A stretch of 56,592 nt of DNA from Octopus bimaculoides (GCF_001194135.2 NC_068989.1:84924224-84980815); one strand, 5' to 3'; positions 1 to 12,300 are shown, counted from the first letter of the stretch. Notes: generated by a model not told the origin, from the letters alone. Made by a program: numbers and translations.

Positions 1-1182
1 CAATTTGTGTATATACGCAGTAACAAAAATATATTTCTTAAAATTATACTCGAATTTCAATAATCTGCAATAAGAAACAAGGGTACTTCACTCTTGACCA
101 CTTGATATATCGATCAAAGAAAAATAATTTTCACATAATATATAAAATGGTAAACTGGATTTCCTATCACAACGTTTTACTAAATTCTAATTTTTTTTAT
201 CAATATATAAATTACAATAATAGTCAATTCTTAGAATAGCTATAACTACCTAATCGGAGAAGCTAAAGGGTAACTCTTTACTATTATACCTGTCTCACTT
301 CGAGGATGAGGGATCGATCTCAAAGAATGAATGATTTCCGATGATTTCTTTTTTTTTTTTTGTTTTTCTGGTCAGGTTCGATTAAGACATCAAACCCAAT
401 AGCGAAAACATTAATTTCACCTTCAATGTGAAACAAATGTAATGTGAAATAGTAAAAAAATTCCTGGAAAATATAAAGGATTGAAATTTGGGCGAAAAAA
501 TTTCATCAGAATTGTGATTCCTTTTGTATGAAAGATTGGAATAGTAAAAATGAAGGGTAGAAAAAAAAAATTCCATTCACGGTTGAAATACGAAATAACA
601 TGACAGCAAATAACTTTAATCCTGAATGAGTGAGTTTTCTATATTTATGGGGCAATGTTAACGCTTACAAATTGCATATTCTGGTTTTTGACAGCAGCTG
701 AAACCTCGTGGAAGAAAAAAGGGGACGATGTTATAGCGCTACCGTGAGGGAGTTAACCGGGAAGGAAACGTATGCTTGTGAACAGACACACACTTTGGGG
801 CTCCAAGTCCCGGTGGGGGTTATAGATATTGTCGCGAAATATTGCGGGTCTTGGACCCGCCTATATTTAAAAAAAGAAAGTGAATTACCACAAAATTAAT
901 TTTGGTGAATAACTTAAAGGTCTCTAGACGATCTTTCGCTATATTTTTGTACGAGTGTGTGTGTGTTTTATTATATATATATATACACACACACATATAC
1001 ATACATACAAGGATGTACATTCGTAGAGAAAGTGAAAGAAACCGCAGTCACACAAGAATATTTAGTATGACGTAGTTAAGATGTTAAGCCTTACATATGC
1101 AAAAATGTGCGTATATTATATCATAGTTATTCCTATGTGAATGTGTGGAATGTATATAAATGTATATAGGTAAGTGTATTAC

Positions 1183-1429
1183 CTCTAAATTCCGGCGTGA
1201 GAAACAAAGTCTGCAAGAGAGAATTCAGGTAGCAGGTGGCTCCTTGGTTGCCAAGTCCAGCGAGGCGGCATTGCGGCCGTGCTAGAGGCGGTGGTGAGGT
1301 CACTGACGGAGCTTTCAGAAGTTCGGGATCACCCGAAGTTGAACCACCCGAGCAAGTTATATGTTGATTAGGGGTATGTGTTTCCTGCGGGTTCTGGTAG
1401 CCGTCTTCATCGAATAAGTTTCCAAACAT
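1183..1429 (-). CDS. USP40: Ubiquitin carboxyl-terminal hydrolase 40, first coding exon (gene continues off the left edge)
   Basis: The N-terminus MFGNLFDED and Cys box [25 protein letters not shown] closely match USP40 (human MFGDLFEE...[25 protein letters not shown]). ATG at 1429; donor AG|GTAAT at 1182; 247 nt, phase 1. Confidence 0.9.
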
Positions 1430-1790
1430 GGTTACGTTAGATTTCGGCGTCCGACTTCGAAGAAATTAAAAAAAAAACAAGGGTTGTTTTCTTTGTTGTT
1501 TAGGGGAGAAGAAATATAATTCACTTCCACTAATTTATATTTCAGAAAGAGTAATAAAGCTGTCTGTTATGTATACATATATGTATATGTATATAATAAA
1601 TATACAATATGCTATAGTTTTATATACAATATGTTGTGTATATATAGGGTCAGCGGTTGAGAGGCCTTTGGCGTATCAAGCCGGGCTCGTTGGGTCATAA
1701 AAGCTGGTGAGGACCCAAGCGGAAAGAGTAAACGAAGCCGCTGCAGGGAGAGAAAGGATGAAAGACTGGCCAACATGAACAGACATTTAC

Positions 1791-1840
1791 TTTGACATCT
1801 AGAAACGCCATCTTTTACTTGGCAAGGAGCCGGAAGTGTA
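1791..1840 (-). promoter_or_regulatory. Putative USP40 TSS-proximal region / non-coding first exon
   Basis: YY1-like AAGATGGCG (1806-1814) and ETS-like CCGGAAGTG (1830-1838). Candidate minus-strand donor AAA|GTAAAT at 1790 and acceptor (T-tract...CGAAG) at 1455. Motif-only evidence. Confidence 0.3.
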
Positions 1841-2048
1841 GTTTAGCAGCATGAGCAAGTCCGCAGAAAATTTCCAGCATGATTCCTGTATGTATATGTA
1901 AATATATATATATATAGTTGGGTTTTTTTCTTTCCCCCCAGCGTCAAAATTCTTCTTCGCAGACATAAGATGTAATAAAAAAAAAAGATCTTGAAAGTTC
2001 TCTATAATAAAAACTAAAGTACAGCTGTTATGTACATACACACCTTCA

Positions 2049-2400
2049 GCATCATCATCATCATCATCATTTAACGTCCGATTTCTATGCTGGCATGGGT
2101 TTGACGGTTTGACATGTATACGAAGTTTGAAAGTGTTTCGGTACCAAAAACACTACATAAAACATAAATGAAAAGTGTTGCCCGTCAAATCAGAAAGATC
2201 CGAGCTGACTAGCAAAGAGCTGTCCAGGCTCCAGTTGTCTGCATGGTTTCTATGGTTGGATACCCTTCGTAACGCCAACCACTTAACAGAATGTGCCAAA
2301 TACTTTTTACGTGACACTGACACAGGTGCGCTTACGCAGCACCGGCACAGGTGATTTTTTTATCTGGAAGCTAAGCATTTCGCCGCCCGGCAGGCTAACG
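2049..2400 (+). mobile_element. RTE-tail-type interspersed repeat (family D; CATCATCATTTAACGTCCG... consensus)
   Basis: Shares CCATGCTGGCATGGGTT and GGATACCCTTC.TAACGCCAACCAC blocks with many other copies in the window (4318, 4775, 16600, 23720, 27892, 29402, 34860, 40921). Confidence 0.65.
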
Positions 2401-2554
2401 TTTCTGCCAGCTCGCCACCTTAAACACACACACACATATATTATTACTGGAAATGTTTGGCCTCCATCAGTTGCTATTTAGTGACCTGAATCCAAGACAC
2501 TGGACGAAGTGCCAGTTGCCGTGTCCCTGTGGCCCTGTCCCTCATTGTTTAATT

Positions 2555-2870
2555 CTGCTGAACATTGATTTGATCAAAGATGTTCCAGGAATGACCATCC
2601 CATCTTATATTCAGGCATAGTGTATCTAGGACTACATTATTCAATGTGTCTTTCTTTGTTGATGTTGATGGTCATAGCCGGAACATGTTTAATATTCCAG
2701 CCATGACCATCCTATATTATATTGAGGCACAGTGTATCTAGGACTACATTATCCAATGACTTTCCTTGGTGATGTTGGCTAACTTCACATGAATCCTGAT
2801 CTAGCTGACCAATGGTCAAAGACGTTCTAGATATGACCATCCAATCATTTTTTTTTAATATTCAGACATG
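2555..2870. repeat. Degenerate ~125-bp tandem repeat (about 2.5 copies) of a dispersed repeat
   Basis: ATGACCATCC three times and AGTGTATCTAGGACTACATTAT twice. Related fragments at ~11280, 12070, 14480 and 16870. Confidence 0.55.
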
Positions 2871-4964
2871 TGAAGGCACATGGCTTAGCGGTTAGGGTAT
2901 TCAGCTCATGGTCATAATGTTGTGAGTTCAATTCCCAGTCACATTTAGGGATGATTATATTTTTCCTTTAAGGTAACTCATTGTGCATGGCTGTTTATTC
3001 TTATGATAGACTCTCCCATTGTTAGATAATGTATGAAACTTTGACAATTTCTTACCGATTAACCACACAGATGATTTGTTTATAGTGATCAAATGTTTGT
3101 GTAGACATAAGCTCACTCCCTCCATCAGGTCAACATTACCTGTATAGGTGCAACTGGGTGCTACATGTCAGATGCTGAAATGATTGCAGAGCAACATGAA
3201 ATGAAGTGCCTTGCTCAAGAACACAATGCAACGCCCGGTCTGGGAATTGAACCCATGATCTCGCAATCACACACAAACACATACATACACACACACATAC
3301 ACACATACATATATGTCACACATGTTAACATAGGGTGTTGAAAAGCTTTAACTGAGATTATTTATGCAATTAGATGACAAAATCTCCCTCCATACCTATT
3401 GAAACCTAAAATCAGAACACAAGGAATGTAGCTTAAATATAATTGTTTTATTGAAATTTTAGAAAATATAAAAATTGCTGTATAAGTGAGTATCTGAAGG
3501 GAAAAGCAAGGGAAAAAACCTCTTTAGTTGTTTAGCAGTATACAAAGAGCATTTTTATCGTGGCACCAGCACTAGAGAGGTGAACTTTTCTCCTGCAATT
3601 TGTCATATTGCCCAGTATGAACAGAGATGACACCCTATTGAGTAATCTCTGTTTGTACAGAGCAATGTGACAAATATGAAAGATTGATGAAATGCCATTG
3701 GATGAACAAGGATGAAAGGAAGAAAAAAAGCTAGATTTTAAAGGAGACAGAGAGGAAAGGGCAGAGTAATTAAAGAAGTGATGGAGAGATGGTAAGAGTA
3801 GAATATAATGAAAGAGTAATAGTAGCAAGCAACAGAAGAGCATGGATGATAAATAGTAGTTGTGAAATGGTCAATGGTAAATGCATGATGGATATCAATC
3901 AATAATGAGTAATATGAGAGAGAAAGAACAGACGTTAGCTACTATGAGTGGGTATAAATAGTCACAGTAGTAATGGTAAGAGACTGATGGGGAGAGTGAG
4001 TAAAGGTTACGAGAAGGGGTGTCTTGGATTAAATGCAATCCCTCATTAATCAGGCAATGTGATGGTAGAAACACTAATGGAAGTTACATATTTGCTGGTT
4101 GTGAGAAAGAATTGAGGGAATATATCAGATACCAACACATTTGATTGCAGTCCCTCATTGCTCAGACATCAGGGTGAGAGAGAGGTGCTAGATACTAAAA
4201 AGGGAATGATAGCTGTGTGGTGCGAGATGAAAGATGAGAGCTCCATTAAATACTGATGAGGGAGAGAGAGAGCTGATGGGTGCGGATTGGTAGTGTATGC
4301 TGTATGTGTGCATATATCATCATCATAATCGTCATTGTTTAATGTCCGTCTTCCGTGCATGTATGGGTAGGACTGTTAACAGGAGCCAGTCAGGTAGAAG
4401 ATAGAAGACTACCCCAGGTTATTGTATCTGTTTTGGCAGGGTTTTTTTATGGCTGGATGCCCTTCCTAACACCAATATAAATGAAAACCACCTAGGAGAG
4501 TAATGTTAGCTTGTAAGAGAGTGATGGACATCAGTAGACAAGTGACCCGAGGGAGAGGAAATGTTTGCTAGCAGGACAAGTATAAATGATGAGATGTATT
4601 GGATAATAACAGATTCATAGCAATCTCTTGTTACTCAAGGAACATAATGGCAGGAAGATAGTAGAGACAAAAAAATGTAATACAGTTATATTTTATGTCT
4701 CTATTGCTTCCATATTTTTTCCATCATAAATGAACTACAAGCAAAAGTAAACACTTAACTGATAATGTCATCATCACCATCATCATTGTTTAACATTCAC
4801 CTTCCATGCTGGCATAGGTGGGATGGTCTGACAGGAACCGGCCTGGCAGAAGCCTGCACCAGACATCTGTTCCTGTTTTGGAAGGATTTTTACAGCTGGA
4901 TGCCCTTCCTAGCATCAATCACCCAGTAGAGTGGACTAAATGTATAAATCTAAATGCCAAAAAT

Positions 4965-5050
4965 TCAAATTCCAGAGGTGATATCTATAATTCCATTGGC
5001 ACTGCCTACTATAAAGAGGCAGCATCTTCCACCAACATTACTGTGAAGAT
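4965..5050 (-). CDS. Candidate terminal exon of an unrecognised small spliced ORF (DLHSNVGGRCCLFIVGSANGIIDITSGI*)
   Basis: Acceptor TGTTTCTAG at 5051; open in phase 1 to TGA at 4965-4967; phase matches the candidate exon 5618-5753. No homology recognised. Confidence 0.25.
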
Positions 5051-5617
5051 CTAGAAACATTTATAATAGATTTAGAAACTTTCCTGTTCAATCAGGCTGC
5101 AAGTTGAAAATATGGCCTTTAAACCTAGCATCGTTAACCTTGAGATGGCCTTTAAAAATCACTCCCTGTTCTGTGATCTGGTGGTTTGAAGCTTTTAGCA
5201 GACAAATGTCTTGTGAGAGGAGTTTCAAGCAAGACAGTTTCTCCACATACCAGGGGACCACGCACATAACAAAACACAATAAAGTGCATAATATACAATA
5301 TATAATTTAATTCAATCACCACATACATATCACCATCCTCCTCCTCCTCCGTTGGATGGTTTGACCAAAGCTAGTAAGGCCATGGGCTACACCAGGCAAT
5401 GGTTTCTACAACTGGATGCCTTTCCTAATGCCAACCACTCCATAGAGTGCACTGGGTACCTTTTATGTGGCATCAGCATGTGCTTTTAACATGATACTGC
5501 AAAAATACCCTGCAGACTGACAGTCAATAAAATAAGAATAAAATTTTAAAATTTATTCTTTCTGTATAGCCTGGTACCAAATGGTCTGGTACTGATTTGG
5601 TATGACCTCTGACTTAC

Positions 5618-5753
5618 CAAAGCTAATCTTCCTACCCTTATAGTTCATTTGTCTCCCATTTTTTGGTGTCACCACTGCATTATGTAGTGATGTACTTCTA
5701 CCGACTTTGGTGTACAACGTTAGGTTATGTCTCCTACACACTTCATTTTGCAC
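5618..5753 (-). CDS. Candidate internal exon of the unrecognised small spliced ORF (VQNEVCRRHNLTLYTKVGRSTSLHNAVVTPKNGRQMNYKGRKISF)
   Basis: Acceptor TTTTCAG|GTG at 5754; consensus donor TTTG|GTAAGT at 5617; 136 nt open, phase 0 to phase 1. Confidence 0.3.
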
Positions 5754-6315
5754 CTGAAAACCTATTTTCTTTCACCTCTAACATTGCTCACTCCTCTGTA
5801 CATGATCACATCCTTCATTCCTCCTTAACTTTCCACACATAGATGTTGTCCACATCTAACCTAGACAGGTCAAACTTGTGCTACCTTCAGGGACCAACTC
5901 CTTTCCCTCTTCACTTGGCCAACACACAACTAACACCTTCAAAGTTGCTACAAATCCTCACAATTTGTGATTAATTCTTTGGTAATTTCTTCATATAAAA
6001 CTTATATTCTAAAGATTATCCTCTTTCTTCAAAGGCAGAAACTATCTTAGCTTTGACCAGTTGCTGTCTGTCCACAAAATTCAAGTTTTGTTAACCTTTA
6101 ATCATGAGAAAAGGTAGTGCCTATGATCCTGTCACTACTAGCAGTCCCAGAGGCCATGACAAGGACTCCAAGATTAGCAGGATGGGGAAGAAAGGTATCT
6201 TCAAACTAGAAATCCATCCTGAATGCTCGCAACAGGGTGAGCTCTGCCAAAAGCACCCAAGATGACAAGTGGTGGGATTAACCCATTAGCATTCAGATTA
6301 TTCTGTTAAATGTAA

Positions 6316-6661
6316 AAAAAGGGTAAAGACCCCCTTCAGTCATGAATGATCATGGGATTGCACCTAGAAAGTTCCCCTGCAAGGCACAATTCCAGACAAG
6401 GTTGTTTATGGAAGACCAGAAGTCACCCATGCATACCAGCCTCCCCTCTCCACACCACTGATGTTATCCAAGGGAAAGGCAAAGGGGCCGATACAGCTTG
6501 GCACCAGTGATGTCACAACTCATTTCTACAGCTGAGTGAACTGGAGCAACATGAAAAAAAGTGTCTTGCTCAAAAACACAACACAGAGTCCAGTCTGGGA
6601 ATCGAACTCACTATGTCATGATTGTAAGCCAAATGCTCTAACCACTGAGCCATGTGCCTTA
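6316..6661 (-). mobile_element. tRNA-derived SINE with 13-bp TSD, inserted in a TTAA-type MITE
   Basis: tRNA-like head on the minus strand (GGCTCAGTGGTTAG...GAGTTCGATTCCC) and a T-tail. Exact direct repeat CTGTTAAATGTAA at 6303-6315 and 6662-6674. Confidence 0.75.
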
Positions 6662-7039
6662 CTGTTAAATGTAATGTTTATTTATTTACATCGTTTTGAG
6701 TTAATCATGCATTATCTTGTAGCTTTAATATTTCCATCATGTGACTGTTTATTTTTAGACTGACATTGTAGGGCAGGTGTGAGAGAGTGCACCTGGATAA
6801 TTTGGGTATTAAAAAAGTAGAATGTTTGGGATGGATATGGCCAGTTTAAATGTTAATTAGTTAAACTGGATGACAGATTAAACTTACTGCCCGAGTAGGC
6901 AATGGTGAAATTTGAACTCAGAATGTAAAAAAAGTTGAACAAATAATACAGGGCATCCAGTTTGACCCAGAATGTACTGGGGGCCTTGGATTGGTGCTTT
7001 TTTATTGACTTGAAAAGGGTCTTCATAATTCTCTCATCT

Positions 7040-7460
7040 GTGATACTCATTGATCTTCTTCAGATTAGTCTCCAATCAGTTGGTCGATAACTGTCCTAGC
7101 AGGATGACCCAGGGCTAAATAGCATAATAGGTCCCCAAGCAAATCATTGCACTGTGAACTATAGTATTTATTAACAGCAAACCCACAGCATATACAGACC
7201 AGAAATGGACCCTTGACCCCTGCCAAGTGTACCCATGCCTTAAGGTTTGTTTTCAGTCTACTGGTTCCCATATCAGCATTTAAATCATTACTTCGTCCTT
7301 GCTACAAAAGTAATATCCATAGAATCTGTCTTCTTTCCTTTATAGTAGAGGTAACTCTTGGAAGATTACCATAAAGAACTCAATTTGTTATATGGGATGG
7401 CCGTTTGATGTTAAATGCTGCGCTTGGAAGTTTTGTGCATGTTTCATCTCATTTTCTTTC
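7040..7460 (-). mobile_element. Degenerate 3' ORF fragment of an RTE/RTEX-like LINE
   Basis: Minus-strand translation with stops gives AAFNIKRPSHITN*VLYGNLPRVTSTIKERR and GHPARTVIDQLIGD, resembling the LYGNLP...RERR...GRPARTYIDQL C-terminus of these LINEs. Confidence 0.5.
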
Positions 7461-7743
7461 CAGTGCCTTACATATACATATGTATATAATATATTACAAG
7501 GAGAAAAATGGAGAGTTTTAACTGATAAAATTCAATTTAATTTAAGAACATATTTTCAAAGTTCTCTATAATTATATACACACACACACCTATTTACCAT
7601 AAGGGAGAATTTTTCTCTGCAGTAACTGCAGTGAACTTGCATTTTAGTAGTTTGAAATATGTTACAAACATATTTTAACTAACCTAAACTTTACAACTCT
7701 CTCCTTAATCAATCTGATCGATTTTCAAGGTGTCACCTACTTT

Positions 7744-8262
7744 CTGCTAGTGCAAAATTCTCGGGGGACTGGATTGATGCCCTGCCTGTGGCCAACAGTG
7801 GAAGTCTACTCAGTCTAGATGAGCTCCACATCTCCATTGCACTCAAAGTGGGTAGGAGCTGACGCCTGTAGGGGACTGAGATGTCATTGTGGTAGGCCTC
7901 TCGACTCTACAGGTCTTCACGGTTTGTCTTGCCGCCCAAATGCCGGTCGTTTCGCTCATCACACTGAGCTAAACTTAATCATAAAGCAAACCCTGGCTCA
8001 GATTAATATCCCCTCCGTTCTGGAGCCGGTAGGGCTATCCAGAAGTAATGGGAAGAGACCAAATGGTCTTACCCACTGTCCCGGGGTAAGAAGCAGGTGC
8101 CTCACCTGGGACGCTACAGTCTGTGACTCTTTCGCTTCCTCCCATATCCTGAATGTTGCGCTAAATGAGAGGGTCACTGCTTCCTGAAGTATCGGGACTT
8201 GGCAGTGAACTATCTCTTCCAGACGTTTGGAGGGGCTGGGCCGCTAACGGCGAGGTTCTTCG
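7744..8262 (+). mobile_element. CRE-clade non-LTR retrotransposon, C-terminal zinc knuckle + restriction-like endonuclease fragment
   Basis: SGDWIDALP...IALKVG, then a frameshift to CHCGRPLDSTGLHGLSC...HTELNLIIKQTL...LEPVGLSRSNGKRPNG...LTWDATVCDS, then KYRDLAVNYLFQ..TFG. These match CRE motifs (HGLSC, EPxGL.R.DGKRPDG, WDAT). The catalytic PD is changed to PN. Confidence 0.75.
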
Positions 8263-8568
8263 TTAGCGGTGCTTGCTGTGAGAGTGCTTGGTTTGTTTCA
8301 GTAGGGTCCGTTGAACTTTGTGGTGTGCAACCAATTGAGGCACATGGTGTTGCGTTGATATTATTTTTTATTCTCCTTTTTTTTTGTTTGTTTTTCTTTT
8401 GCAAAATATATTCCTTTCCCCTATACATATACAAGGGATAGATCGCCGAAGACACTTTTTGCGGAAAAGGCCAATATTTAGGACTCGTACCGTAAGATCG
8501 CCGAAATACTGATTATGAACATCAACAATAACGATAGGATAATTTCAATCCAAGTTTTTTTAACTCAC

Positions 8569-8682
8569 TATATCAGACATGTGAATCTCAACCGTATGTG
8601 TATTAAGAATGCACAACGTTTCGCTGAGGTATTTCAACAAGGTTCTATAATCTCGGTATTTTGTGTCGACATTAAAAACCAT
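8569..8682 (-). CDS. Candidate first coding exon of the unrecognised small spliced ORF (MVFNVDTKYRDYRTLLKYLSETLCILNTHTVEIHMSDI)
   Basis: ATG at 8682; consensus donor ATA|GTGAGT at 8568, phase 0; lies in a CpG-containing unique region next to the putative ABCF2 promoter. Confidence 0.25.
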
Positions 8683-8989
8683 AAACCCATTCTTAAAATC
8701 AGTTTTCGAGGAAGACCGTACTGGTGAGTCAACAGACCGAAACCCTTTAAATGCGCAATAATGACATACGTATTACGCAATCGAACAGTCAAAGGATATT
8801 GCGTGCTTTGCTGCGTGATTGCTATCACATGACTAGCACGGACCATTTAAACGAATCCCTGAGACGAAAGACGCCGAAAATGACGGACTAGAAAATATTA
8901 ATAAATAAAATCCAAGTTTAACACAGGTATTTTCTTTGTCCTCGAAACAGAATTATTTTTCACTTTTCTACACGATGATTGTTTGATTA

Positions 8990-9325
8990 ATATTTTTTTC
9001 CCGTCATCTTAACGTCTTTTTGTTAAGTATTGGAATTTCTACCCACTCGCTGTTACAAGAATCATTAAGTGCGGCTTTGTCGATCTCTTCATACAGACAC
9101 AGATCTATTCACCGGCAGCCGTCTGTGTCAGTAGCAGGAACTTTCAAGACGGACACAGACACGCAGTTATATATATCTACCCACATATATATATTTATAA
9201 AGAAAGAGCTGTAGGTACTCATATTTATTAACTTATTAGGTACTTATACGCTGCATACCTCAAGTACTCACGATTTTCTGGTATTTTTTTTTCAGTCGTC
9301 CTAAGAAAAAGAAATTAAAAAGCCG
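8990..9325 (+). promoter_or_regulatory. Putative ABCF2 promoter / non-coding first exon
   Basis: The ABCF2 ATG exon starts at an acceptor (14812), so an upstream UTR exon must exist. A consensus donor CCG|GTAAGT lies at 9326 in a CpG-containing non-repeat region. The assignment is inference. Confidence 0.3.
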
Positions 9326-12300
9326 GTAAGTTTGACGTTTTATATTACTTTGATTCTCGAATTCACGTTTGTGTTCCACTCCTTACAGTATTCATTTTTA
9401 TTTTGTGTTTCCTGGATTTGAGATTTATATACCGGCATCATGCCGGCTGGGTTGGTGTTTTACGTAACGGTGTTGAAGTGGCGGGAGAGTTATTGAATGA
9501 ACGACGGAGGGAGTGTGAAAGGGAGAAAGTTAGTGAGAGAGAGAGAGGAGGAAGAATGTCAATGAGGNNNNNNNNNNACTTAGAGAAAATAAAATATATA
9601 TATATATATTTACTCAAGTACCCAAAATGACAAGGAGTTTCTACCTCATAAACAGGAGTTACGCCACAGTCATTTTGTGATCTTTGCTACCCTGGTATCT
9701 ATTAACCAATTTATTTTGTCGGAGTTAATTATTAACTTAGAGAAAATAAAATATATATATATATATTGTGAGTAGATAGAAGAGCGAGCTATTGAGAGAC
9801 AGAGAAAGCGAAGAGATAGACGAAGAAAGTGTGTTTGAAGTGAAGGGAAGATGAAGTCAATGACACTAGTGAAAGAGAGATAAATATACGGAGGTGAACG
9901 GGGATGATGAGATTTAGTAATAGAAGTAGAGGAGGAAGAAGAATATTCGAGAAACTGAAGAGGAAGACGTTTGAAAGAATGGATATGGTATTGGAAAGAA
10001 TCTAGAGATAAAGGAAGAAAGAGCCGAAGGCCGCCATATAATGTCTGGTTCCCTGACTATTCAACTAGTTTTCTCTCTCGGTATTTCTTACTAAAATAAC
10101 ACCCGGCCTCTGGTTTATTAAACCAACATGGAAAGGAAGAGATTAGTTGGTAATGTTCACTTCGTACTATGGAGAAAAGCGAGTATTAAGTGTAAATTGT
10201 GTTTGAGAGTAGAATTTGGAACCGGACAGATTTGCCCACCTGTAGTTTTAGTTTTGGGGGAATCGAACTCTATTGGCACCTTCCTGGGGCAGCCCGGCGG
10301 ATTAATACAATCATTCAGGCAGGAAAAGGAATTTTTTTTCCCCTCGACACGAACATCACAATCAGAACAGCTTGGAGAGAACTGACGGTTCGTTTTCCCG
10401 TGAGGTGGGTATAGTGAATTCAAAGACCCAGTCTTAGACAATGCCACGATACTTAGAAATATCAAGTTCGATCTATGCCGGAGTATGACTGATACTTGTA
10501 TTACTCCCTTGAGGAATGACAAGTTTACCATGGTAGGTTTTGGAATAGCTCTGTAGAGATAAAACTAAAATACCAGTGGCCAATAAAAACTCCGCCAAAA
10601 CGGACAGCCATTTCGTTGAATGGAAAAATTTGTGTCCGGTTAATTATTTAATTAATACTTTCCTCGGCAACTGCTGATTTAGGTTGTTTAGTCTGCAATT
10701 TTCTAAAATTCTCTTTTTGTAACGAAGTTAGGATCTACCTTGGGATAGTCACAACGTGTCGTGTTCTTATACCTGTGTAGTTAAGTAACAAATAGTAAAA
10801 CGAAATGGCGGTTACTTTTATGTCTCTTGTAGATGGTGGACACATTTCCCACACAAATTATTTCTCTAGAATTCTGCCCACACCTTACTCATTGTGCGAA
10901 AGAAAGAATATGAAAAAAGGTTACAGGAAATAAATAAATAATTAGATTCCGATGAAATCATTGATGACAAAAGAAAAAGTTAGGTTAATGTATGGAAGGA
11001 GATAAGTAAGTTTTTGGTGTCTCTAGTTCCCTTAAATGCCAGAAATCCACAATATGTATTAAATAAAAGATAACTTAAACGTATCACTGCATGTTGAATC
11101 GGACAAAGTAACAAGTAATATTCACCATTGTAAAAAGAAAAAGTTACATATTACAATATTTCTAACACTGGCTAATCCTTCCAGCCATTCCGATCAGATA
11201 TTGTTCTGTTACTATTCCCGCAACGTGTTGTGATGGGTGAATGTGATGTATAAATCCGAGATCAATCCTGATCGACAAGATCAAAGACGTTCCGGTCTTG
11301 ACCATCCCTTTTTGTACATCAGGGATTAACATTATGCAACGGCTTTTATTTATTTAAGATAGTGAGTTGGTTGCTATTTCTAGCAGGTCGATCGACCCCT
11401 TCGGGGCTTCAGCTGGCGACAGTGATGATGTTAATGATAAGAAGCCTATTGTCACCCCCCTTTACTTTCTCTTTCTCTCTCTCTCCGGCAACCGGTGGTG
11501 GCAAGCACTTTACCCCCCTCTCTTCCTTTTCTCTCTCTCTCTCCCGCGATTTGTGGTGATGGTAAGTTTGCTCTCCCACTCCCTCTCTAATATCTACCGC
11601 CATTTCTGTTGCTCCACGTGACAACTATCTGCTTGACTAACGGAGAATAAATCTATCAATAACCGCTACCATGAGGCCTACTGAAAATAACAGCCAACTC
11701 TTCCTCCGATTAAACTATGGTTATCTTTTTAAATAGAAAGAAGCACTGAGGAGTGTTGGTCATAGATGTACAATATTTGAATAAAAGAAGGTCAAGATGG
11801 TTACATCTGGAACGTCTTTGTTTATAGGTTTATTTCATCAGGGTTTTAACGACGGGCTAAACAACACTATATGTCTATTATATACTAGATATTAATTACA
11901 TATATATATATATTACTAGAAAGATAAGCCGACGAAAGAGACACTTGCGTGGCCCTATCGTGTTATAAATAACATCGCTTCAGTGTAATGTCCCCTGTAG
12001 ATACAATAGACTCATACCGGTATACGGCCAGTTAATCTCCAGGCCAACCTTGATCGAACAGATCTCTGATCAAAGATGATTTAGCCGTGACCATCTCGAC
12101 CATCCTGGACCGAAGTAGTCAACTTGTCGTTCTCTAAGACTATGGTATAATTTACAAATTTGGTTTTATTTCTCGCCGGCCGAGTGACCCTTGTGAAGCA
12201 TTGAGATATGTCTAGACTATTGATTCAGTACAGTATATGTGAGATACACATCTTTTTTTTTTTTTTTTTGGCCCTGCTGACTAATTGGCGTCCGGATGTG

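Noticed and set aside
290-420. Minus-strand segment with AG/GT boundaries as a possible USP40 exon 2
   Set aside because: The translation (GEINVFAIGFDV...) does not resemble the USP40 sequence after the Cys box, and it runs through a homopolymer tract.
4965-5753. Resemblance of YKGRKISF and GRCCLFIV to RPP14 (YKGKKCAFRV)
   Set aside because: Two different segments match the same short motif and the rest does not align. Chance is likely, so no gene symbol is given.
9578-9766. ACTTAGAGAAAATAAAA(TA)n repeated at 9578 and 9735 around a short stem
   Set aside because: The first copy starts exactly at a gap edge, so it is probably an assembly artefact. No recognisable snRNA or snoRNA boxes.
10157-10550. 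124-aa minus-strand ORF with an upstream acceptor-like site
   Set aside because: No recognisable domain, overlapping ORFs of similar size on the other strand, and no link to other exons. Not disproved, but unsupported.
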